Position numbers and translations under genes: made by a program
Virus record (IMG/VR): IMGVR_UViG_3300032309_001546
Location: 81,920-145,919 of that record
Reading direction: 5' to 3' (one strand)
Length of the DNA stretch: 64,000 bases
Source of the DNA: a virus
The notes under the pieces: generated by a model
The model's database searches: none
Told to the model about the DNA's origin: nothing
What the model saw: only the letters and a program-made list of their open reading frames with translations
Shown here: piece after piece, positions 56,984-64,000 of the stretch
Position numbering within the stretch: the stretch's first letter is position 1
Layout of the letters: each line of letters begins with the position of its first letter

Positions 56984-59419
56984 ATGCCATATACAAATTT
57001 ACCTGGTAGTTATGTACAGCTTCAGGACGGCAATCTGAGCTTTGTAACCAGAGATAACCGACAGTCTGTTCTAGTGATGGCCACCGCTGCAAAGGGTTTA
57101 ACCTCTGAGCCGTTCCTTATGGGTGACCTTGCTTCTGTTGTCCGTGAATTTGGTGCTACCTCAGAACTTGCCCGTGCTGCTTCAGAAGTTAAGAAAGGCG
57201 GCGCTAACAATATTTTCCTATATAGACTCCCAGGAGTTGCTCCTGAAGTGACTCGTATTGGTGCGGATGTTGATCGTGGAACGCCAAATGAATTGGGTAT
57301 TTCAATCGCTACAACTCAAGCTTCACCTGAGGCTGCTGCTAAGTACGGTGTCGCTTATCGTCAGGCCAAGAACATTGGTCCTGCAGGCGATGCGCCTGAT
57401 GGTCGTGCCACAACTGCAGAGCTTATGGTTGTCAACCTTGAGACTAATACGCTTGTCTGGCAGGGTACAGCTCTTGAAGGCGCTACGCTAGATACAGGTG
57501 ACGTTGACGTTCAGTTCGAACTTGGTGACGTAGATCCTGGCCGTGCTTCATGGGAGGATCCTGATTACACCACGAAAGAAGAACTTAAGTTCACCATTGA
57601 AGGACCCGCGATAACTGGTGGTACATTAACACTTGAGATCTCTGGATATCCTCTTGTTCAGACTGAAATTCCAGCAGCTGCAAGTGCAAGTGGCATTGTG
57701 GATAACTTCAAAACCTTGTTTGACGATTCTCCTCTTGCCGACATCTTTACCTGGGCTGATACCGCTGGCCTAGTCACAATAACCTGCACTGGAGACACAA
57801 ACGCCGATGGCGAACTTGTTTATCCCGATGGCCACCCTTGGGCTGGTTATACGGCTCGTCCATTCGTTTCTGGTTTTACCGCGAGTGAAGGCCTTACAGG
57901 CGTGACAATGTTTGGTACTTATAGCAGCTCACATGGTCGGGCTTCAGATATTGGTTTATATCCTCAGGATGCCAATAAGCCTTTTGCCGGAGCTGGTGGT
58001 GGCGTATTCGTTCCTCTTAATAAGATTGTTTCAGGTGGTACTTTCACGTCTTATGGTCTAAGTGGTGCTTCTTTTACTTTTGACTCTCGCTATAACTATG
58101 CTCAAAGAAACTTCAACTGGGGAACACCTAAGACACTTGCAACCTTCTCAACTGGTTCAACTGGCGAAAGCATTTCTCTTATGAAAAGATTCGAGAAGCT
58201 TCATAGCGCATTTGAAGATCTTGACCTCGCGCCATTTGACTTTGTCGTACCTTACGGCATTGCTCTTAATGCTAAGAACGCGGCAACTGATACTGTTACG
58301 TTTACAGAAGATACTTATCCAACTCCTAAGACGGCTCTTGATGCTCTTGGGTATTGCGCTATTGTCAACAATGGCGACTACACGTATACATACTACTGGT
58401 CAGATGATGGTCTTGTTCCTAAGATTGTTTCAGACGGCACCGAAGCAGATGATGTAACTGCTACTCTTCAGTACTCTGAAGTTAACTTTGCACATCTTCT
58501 TGCTAAGTATTGCTATGAGAACTCAAGCGACTATAAGTCAGTTCATGGCGTTATTGGCACTACTCTTCCTGATAGCATCACTGCCCGTGGTATTCGTGCT
58601 TACTTTGGCTATGGTCCTACATACGCTTATGACCGTGAGACTAACTCATACTTTATTGTTGGTAGCGGAAACGATGGCATTGGTCTACTAGGTAATAAGT
58701 TTGTTGGCGGTAAATCTGACTTCAATGGCGGCCTTAAGCATGGTGGTTTCTTTGCTACCCTAGACGGCACACTTGATTACACCAGCGGCAATGTTCTTCT
58801 TGACGCAAATAACAAGAAGATTGATCTAGGTAAGTATCTTTCAGTTATTGCTATCTTTGGCCGTGCCACTGATGACATCAATCCCAGAGGTCCTTCATAC
58901 TTGCTAAATGCTGCTACGGTTTACGCTGGCATGCTTCCTCAGGTTTCTCCTGTTGATTCTCTCATTAACATGACTGTTCCTGGTCTTGTTATTGACTACC
59001 GTCTTGAGACAAAGACTGTTGACGCGGCTTGTGGTCTAGGTCTTGTTGTTGCTAAGAATGAAGTGGGTATTCCTGTTATCGCTGACTCACCGACTTTTGC
59101 TTCTCCAACTTCTGACTACACTCGTCTAACAACGGTTCGTATTGTCAATAAGATCGCTGAAGAGCTACGCGGTGCTGCTAGACCTTACATCGGTAAAGGT
59201 CTCTCTGCTCCTAAGCGTGCTGCCCTTGAGTCTGCCCTTGGTGAGGTTATTAAGGCTAATATTGCCGGTGAGCCAATTCAGACAATTACTGGTGGTTCTT
59301 TCAAGATTGAGCAAACTGCCCAGGATCGTGTCCTTGGTAAGATGAAAGTGTATGTTGTTTTAACCCCAGTATTTGAACTTAGACAGATTACATTCTCTGT
59401 AAATCTAAGTGCACAATAA
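56984..59419 (+). CDS. tail sheath protein
   Basis: N-terminal LPGSYV; C-terminal SDYTRLTTVRIV...YIGK...LTPVFELRQI. Confidence 0.9.
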   Translation: MPYTNLPGSYVQLQDGNLSFVTRDNRQSVLVMATAAKGLTSEPFLMGDLASVVREFGATSELARAASEVKKGGANNIFLYRLPGVAPEVTRIGADVDRGTPNELGISIATTQASPEAAAKYGVAYRQAKNIGPAGDAPDGRATTAELMVVNLETNTLVWQGTALEGATLDTGDVDVQFELGDVDPGRASWEDPDYTTKEELKFTIEGPAITGGTLTLEISGYPLVQTEIPAAASASGIVDNFKTLFDDSPLADIFTWADTAGLVTITCTGDTNADGELVYPDGHPWAGYTARPFVSGFTASEGLTGVTMFGTYSSSHGRASDIGLYPQDANKPFAGAGGGVFVPLNKIVSGGTFTSYGLSGASFTFDSRYNYAQRNFNWGTPKTLATFSTGSTGESISLMKRFEKLHSAFEDLDLAPFDFVVPYGIALNAKNAATDTVTFTEDTYPTPKTALDALGYCAIVNNGDYTYTYYWSDDGLVPKIVSDGTEADDVTATLQYSEVNFAHLLAKYCYENSSDYKSVHGVIGTTLPDSITARGIRAYFGYGPTYAYDRETNSYFIVGSGNDGIGLLGNKFVGGKSDFNGGLKHGGFFATLDGTLDYTSGNVLLDANNKKIDLGKYLSVIAIFGRATDDINPRGPSYLLNAATVYAGMLPQVSPVDSLINMTVPGLVIDYRLETKTVDAACGLGLVVAKNEVGIPVIADSPTFASPTSDYTRLTTVRIVNKIAEELRGAARPYIGKGLSAPKRAALESALGEVIKANIAGEPIQTITGGSFKIEQTAQDRVLGKMKVYVVLTPVFELRQITFSVNLSAQ

Positions 59420-59441
59420 TTAATTCCTAAGGAGCAATCAA

Positions 59442-60083
59442 ATGGCAGAATTTACAGCAAGATCGTTCAACAGTTTCTCGGGAGCTGATATTAAGGCTGT
59501 CTTCGCAAATCAAGAAGTCGGCAACCTTATGGCAGTTTCATATGCTATTCAGCGTGAGAAAGCCCCTATCTATGTGCTTGGTGAAGCTAATCCTAGAGCA
59601 TTCTCACGCGGCAAGCGTGGTATTGCTGGATCCCTTATCTTTATCCAGTTCGACACTCATGCAATTCTTGAGCAATTCAATGTCGACGGTACCGATGACC
59701 TTGGTAAGTTTGCTAAGAAGAAGTATGAAATTTCTCCTCAGCAATTGAGTGCAGACGGTGTTCTTAACATTCCTCTTGTTGGCGAGGGAGCAGCAGACGC
59801 ACCTGGTTCAATGGCAGAAGTTGTGAAGGCATTCTATGCTGACCAGATTCCTGCTTTTGATATTACTGTTGCTGCAGCGAACGAATACGGTGCTGTTGCC
59901 CGATGCGTTATTCATGGCGTTGAGCTAATGAATGAAGGCTGGGGTATGGGTATTGAAGATCGCCAGGCTGATATGCAAACTACATATCTTGCACGTGCGG
60001 TTAGTCGTTGGACCGTGCAGGGCATTGGCGGTCGTGTTGGTACTCTTGAGCGTCAGGGCGGTGGAGTTATTCTTCGTCCCTAG
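59442..60083 (+). CDS. tail tube protein
   Basis: Follows the sheath; SFSGADI...REKAPIY.LG...FSRGKRGIAGSLIF. Confidence 0.8.
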   Translation: MAEFTARSFNSFSGADIKAVFANQEVGNLMAVSYAIQREKAPIYVLGEANPRAFSRGKRGIAGSLIFIQFDTHAILEQFNVDGTDDLGKFAKKKYEISPQQLSADGVLNIPLVGEGAADAPGSMAEVVKAFYADQIPAFDITVAAANEYGAVARCVIHGVELMNEGWGMGIEDRQADMQTTYLARAVSRWTVQGIGGRVGTLERQGGGVILRP

Positions 60084-60123
60084 ACAATAACTTAATCCCG
60101 GGCTACATTAAGTAGCCATAAGA

Positions 60124-60158
60124 AGCCCACGTATAATACATACGTGGGTTTTCTTTTT
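60124..60158 (+). terminator. intrinsic terminator after the tube gene
   Basis: AAGCCCACGTAT...ATACGTGGGTTT then TCTTTTT. Confidence 0.85.
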
Positions 60159-60168
60159 AAGGAGGGTC

Positions 60169-60309
60169 ATGTTAAAAATAAAACAATCAGTACAAGAACT
60201 AAAAGATAAGGCTGCGATTATACTAGCTATAATTACAGTAGTTGTTTTATTTGTATCCTATATAATATGGGTAGATATACAATCTGCTATAAAAGATTAC
60301 AAGAAGTAG
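60169..60309 (+). CDS. small single-TM protein
   Basis: AAGGAGG RBS, 46 aa. Confidence 0.6.
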   Translation: MLKIKQSVQELKDKAAIILAIITVVVLFVSYIIWVDIQSAIKDYKK

Positions 60310-60316
60310 AGTAACC

Positions 60317-61330
60317 ATGGCATATGACGAACAAGTCTTTAAGAACTCTATTCTACAACAAGGTAGAATGGGATTCTCTGGTTGCGATATAAATGCACTT
60401 ATCCGCTTGCCTGCTTATGCCAGAGGTGGTATTGAGCTTAACAAAGAAAAAGTATTTAACATTGGTACTCTTCAAACTATATCTATCTCAACCTACAATG
60501 CAAAAACCCCCATTAAAGCAATAGGCTCAAAGAATCCAATTGCGATTGCCAGAGGCGGCAGGACTATTGCTGGTAGCATGATATTTAACCAAATGCATAC
60601 TCATGTGCTTAATGAGAATACTTGGCCAAGTCTAACAACTAGAATGATTAAAGACGATGGCTTTTTAACATACAGTAGTGGTAATGTTGATTATATTATT
60701 GCTAATAGTGAGATTAAAGCAGATGCTCATCAGAAGGTTGACGATTACATCAAGAAAGAAAGCCTAAAGAAGCAATGGGATTTCTCATGGGACAATACCC
60801 TAATAGGTGAGACATCAAAGCCTTCCGACATTCCTCCATTTGATATTGTTATTGTTATGGTTAATGAGTTAGGAAATGTTGGCAAGATTGTTATTTATGG
60901 TGTTGACATAATCCATGACTCCCAGACTCTTTCTGTAGAGGACATCTATACTGAAGTTCAATATCAATATATTGCTAGAGATATTGAGTACTTCCATGCT
61001 GATAATTTTGAAGAATCAAAAGCTTGGAAGAGTCCAAATATGAAGTATGAAAAATCAGAAACTATCTGGGATCCAGAGGATCCAAAACGACCAGCTACTC
61101 AAGATGAGAGAAATGAGCTAACTACTAAATTTAGCGAGTTGGGCATAGATGATGGGTCGATTGGTGAAGTGAGAACTCAACAAGACATTCAAGATGCAAT
61201 GCAGAGAATTTTTGCATTGAAAGCAAAGAAAGACCAGGAGAATCTAAAACTCCTTCAAGAGACACAAAATCTGGTTGACAAAAAACTAGCAGAGCAAGCG
61301 GAGCGTCGCTGGAAGTATAGAGGAAAATAA
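60317..61330 (+). CDS. tube-like paralog (tube initiator/hub candidate)
   Basis: FSGCDI...RGGRTIAGSMIF...DIPPFDI. Confidence 0.7.
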   Translation: MAYDEQVFKNSILQQGRMGFSGCDINALIRLPAYARGGIELNKEKVFNIGTLQTISISTYNAKTPIKAIGSKNPIAIARGGRTIAGSMIFNQMHTHVLNENTWPSLTTRMIKDDGFLTYSSGNVDYIIANSEIKADAHQKVDDYIKKESLKKQWDFSWDNTLIGETSKPSDIPPFDIVIVMVNELGNVGKIVIYGVDIIHDSQTLSVEDIYTEVQYQYIARDIEYFHADNFEESKAWKSPNMKYEKSETIWDPEDPKRPATQDERNELTTKFSELGIDDGSIGEVRTQQDIQDAMQRIFALKAKKDQENLKLLQETQNLVDKKLAEQAERRWKYRGK

Positions 61331-62403
61331 TGAGTAGACAAGTTGCGACAGCATATACCGGAGCTAATATCTCAATAACAATTGGTGGCAAATTTATTGC
61401 CAATGCGTTTGGGATAAGCTGGGAATTGTCACAAAATAAGCGACCGATTTACGGATACAATAGTATGTATTACGATTCGGTTGCAAGTGGCCAAGTTATT
61501 GTTATGGGACAGATTTACATAAACTATCAGCATCCTAATTATCTGTCATCTCTTCTTTCGTCTTATTTTAAGAATGAACCTCTTGCAGCTTTAAATGTTG
61601 CTGGATTTGGAGAAACATCTTCACGAAATGGCGTTAATGGAGTTTTAAATACATATACAAATAGAGGCGGATCTGCAAGGCAAAATAGAAATTTTAATGA
61701 AGATCTAAACGCTATCTTTGATGATCCCGCATTCATGGCAAATCTAGGATCTGTTTTTACATCTGGACAAAGTATATCAGGATTTAAAAATTTTAAAAAT
61801 GTAATAAACCGTAGTGGAAAAGACGACCAAGGTAACCGCGTAATTGAAAGGTTTAACCAAGGCGACTACGACCTAATTGACAACGATAGTTCTGCTTTGG
61901 CATTTGTTGGAAATTTGGATTCATCTAGTCGTCGACAAGAAAATGTCAAACATCTTAGACCTGATCAGTTTACAAATAATGGGTCAGCTAATGTTGACTC
62001 TATTGACATTGTAGTTACTCATGGAGATCCGGGGTTGAACGATAAAAGTTCTGGTATCTTATCCTATACACCAGCCTCTAGTATTATTCTACGAGGTATT
62101 CATTTTATTGGCGAGGCTCAGCAAGTTATGGCTGATGATCAACCTATAATGGAAACATATAAGTTTATTGCAAGATCAAAAGAGGCCTTGATATCGGCTA
62201 CAATTCCTCCTCCGGAGCCAGTTGCTCCTGGGCAAAATACAGCAAATACTGGTGAAGCCGGAACAAATAGTGTTGCTGATATGATTGCCACTGTAGACGC
62301 AGCTAGGTTAGAAGAAATTAACAATGTAAGAAGGGAACAAGGGTTAACTCCTTTGACTGAATTACCAAAAATGACAACGGGAAACCAATCACCCGGCCAG
62401 TAA
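61330..62403 (+). CDS. tube-like paralog (tube initiator/hub candidate)
   Basis: YTGANI...KRPIYGY...YKFIAR. Confidence 0.65.
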   Translation: MSRQVATAYTGANISITIGGKFIANAFGISWELSQNKRPIYGYNSMYYDSVASGQVIVMGQIYINYQHPNYLSSLLSSYFKNEPLAALNVAGFGETSSRNGVNGVLNTYTNRGGSARQNRNFNEDLNAIFDDPAFMANLGSVFTSGQSISGFKNFKNVINRSGKDDQGNRVIERFNQGDYDLIDNDSSALAFVGNLDSSSRRQENVKHLRPDQFTNNGSANVDSIDIVVTHGDPGLNDKSSGILSYTPASSIILRGIHFIGEAQQVMADDQPIMETYKFIARSKEALISATIPPPEPVAPGQNTANTGEAGTNSVADMIATVDAARLEEINNVRREQGLTPLTELPKMTTGNQSPGQ

Positions 62404-62448
62404 ACGAATAAAAGTATAGAATTTCAATAACAACCCAGGAGATATCTT

Positions 62449-62997
62449 ATGAAGAAGAATGAAAAGACTACTACAGTAGATTTTGATACCGAGATTGAAA
62501 CAGCCCTTGAGGAGAAGCTTCGTATTGCAAGACAAGAAAAAGAGCTACTCCTAAAGGCTACTGAAGAGAAGCAAGCAGAGATACAGGCAGCAGAGGAAGA
62601 GAGAGAGCCCATTGAGCTTCCTCTTGCAAATGAAGCTGCTGACCAGAAAGAAGCACTCTACAGTGAACTTGAGAAGATGGGATGTTCAAAGAACTATCTT
62701 GTAAAGATGAAAGAGCGTCATGGCACTATCATTGTCTATCCTCACGAAGACAACAACTGGTTTGTTGTTAGGCCTTTAAAGGTCAAGGAAATGAGAATGA
62801 TAAGAGAAATCTCTGGTAGCGACGCAGAGAAGCTTAACAAGGAAATTCTTGAAGCTGCCTGTGTGTTCCCTAAGCTAGTTGACGAATCGATTGGCGAACT
62901 ACCTGCTGGTCTTCCTGATCTGCTTGTAAATATGATTAGCCGACTAAGTGCATTTATTCCTGTTGAGCTCGCTTTCTCTCTAAGCAAAGAGCTATAA
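62449..62997 (+). CDS. putative tail assembly chaperone
   Basis: VRPL...CVFP...LPAGLPDLL; synteny. Confidence 0.6.
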   Translation: MKKNEKTTTVDFDTEIETALEEKLRIARQEKELLLKATEEKQAEIQAAEEEREPIELPLANEAADQKEALYSELEKMGCSKNYLVKMKERHGTIIVYPHEDNNWFVVRPLKVKEMRMIREISGSDAEKLNKEILEAACVFPKLVDESIGELPAGLPDLLVNMISRLSAFIPVELAFSLSKEL

Positions 62998-63010
62998 GTA
63001 AAAATACAAT

Positions 63011-64000
63011 ATGTCATTAGATATCTTTAAGCACAAAGATATCCCTTTATATGTAATAGATATTCCGTACGGATGGAATAACATTCATACGGAATACTTT
63101 ACTCGTATACCTTGGGGTGAATATAAGCGTATTCGTTTTGCGGAGCGTGTACAAAGTATTCCACCATACGAGTTAAAGGTAAAGATATTCAGAGATTACA
63201 CTGTTAGAACTCCTGGCTGGACAGAGAAATCAATTAATGCTTTACCGGCAGGAGTTGTTGATACTGTTGCTGATTTGATAATGTATGTTAGTGATTCGGG
63301 AATCATTCCTGATAGTCAAGGCAAAATAAATATTCCTGCTTTTACTACAAGACTTAATATGTACAGAGCGATAGCTTCAACAAATGTTGAGTATCAGATG
63401 TATACTGTTATCTGTCTTGTGTTTAGGGCATACACCTATGAGATGCTAGACAAATTACCATTTGATAGAATTGCGAGTCTTTTTGCAAGTGCAGAAAGAT
63501 ACTTGCTTGAGAATCAGATATTAAAGGCTCCTCTTCAGATCTATGATCCTAATGAGATAAAGAAAGAAGTCCAAGATGCTCCTAAGCCAAAGACTCCTAA
63601 GAAGCAGACAGAAGAAGGTTCAATGCTAGAAGAGTTCCTCTTGCTTAAGGAGAAGCAAAAGAAAGAAGAGCAGAGTCAGGCCAAGCCAGACCTTAGTCCT
63701 GATGCAGATCTTAGCCATATGGAGAAGAAAGCAGCACGCGCAAAGAATCAAGCTAGAGATACTTCCTATATTGCTCCAAAGGATAACGTTGTTGTTTCCA
63801 ATGGTATTCAGGTAAAAGTGCCTGGTATCAAGATGGATAACAATAATGGGACTGGAGGATTTGACGAGAAAGACTTCGAAGGTCCTTTCATGACTGATGA
63901 AGAAGCTCTTAATTTGATGGTCGAATCTGGTAATGTTCCTGCAGGATATGAATTGTATCTGAGAAAGCAAGAACTCTTAAAGGAGAAGGAAGAGCAAGAA
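63011..64000 (+). CDS. putative second tail assembly chaperone (runs off the window)
   Basis: Open from ATG 63011 to the end; shares LPAG..D with the previous gene. Confidence 0.6.
   Translation, partial: MSLDIFKHKDIPLYVIDIPYGWNNIHTEYFTRIPWGEYKRIRFAERVQSIPPYELKVKIFRDYTVRTPGWTEKSINALPAGVVDTVADLIMYVSDSGIIPDSQGKINIPAFTTRLNMYRAIASTNVEYQMYTVICLVFRAYTYEMLDKLPFDRIASLFASAERYLLENQILKAPLQIYDPNEIKKEVQDAPKPKTPKKQTEEGSMLEEFLLLKEKQKKEEQSQAKPDLSPDADLSHMEKKAARAKNQARDTSYIAPKDNVVVSNGIQVKVPGIKMDNNNGTGGFDEKDFEGPFMTDEEALNLMVESGNVPAGYELYLRKQELLKEKEEQE

Noticed and set aside
62980-63011. Tail-chaperone programmed frameshift
   Set aside because: No clear slippery heptamer before the stop, and the next ORF has its own ATG at 63011

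Overview
Segment of a large tailed dsDNA phage with a contractile tail, probably jumbo-size. It has three parts. (1) 1-6 kb: AT-rich small minus-strand genes. (2) ~6.1-27.8 kb: a compositionally distinct, partly GC-rich minus-strand block bounded by low-complexity spacers. It carries tRNA-Arg(UCU), two SSB-like genes and a 2265-aa multidomain protein whose core has the motifs of single-chain two-barrel (YonO/QDE-1-like) RNA polymerases, fused to DUF4326 and YspA/SLOG domains. It also holds several structured non-coding units (a ~1.55-kb ORF-free transcription unit, a ~400-nt two-pseudoknot unit, two tRNA-like mini-elements), two classes of repeated promoter-like signals, and ~14 single-gene cassettes. 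(3) 28.1-64 kb: plus-strand virion module with TerS-like, DnaQ+SNase protein, two Ala/Gly/Pro-rich giants, TerL, portal with an apparent -1 shift into a MuF-like domain, multidomain prohead protease, Dps, capsid, neck, sheath, tube paralogs and chaperones. Best candidate for an undescribed system: the polymerase + giant ncRNA + promoter/cassette block at 6-28 kb. All family calls come from motif recognition by eye, not from database searches.
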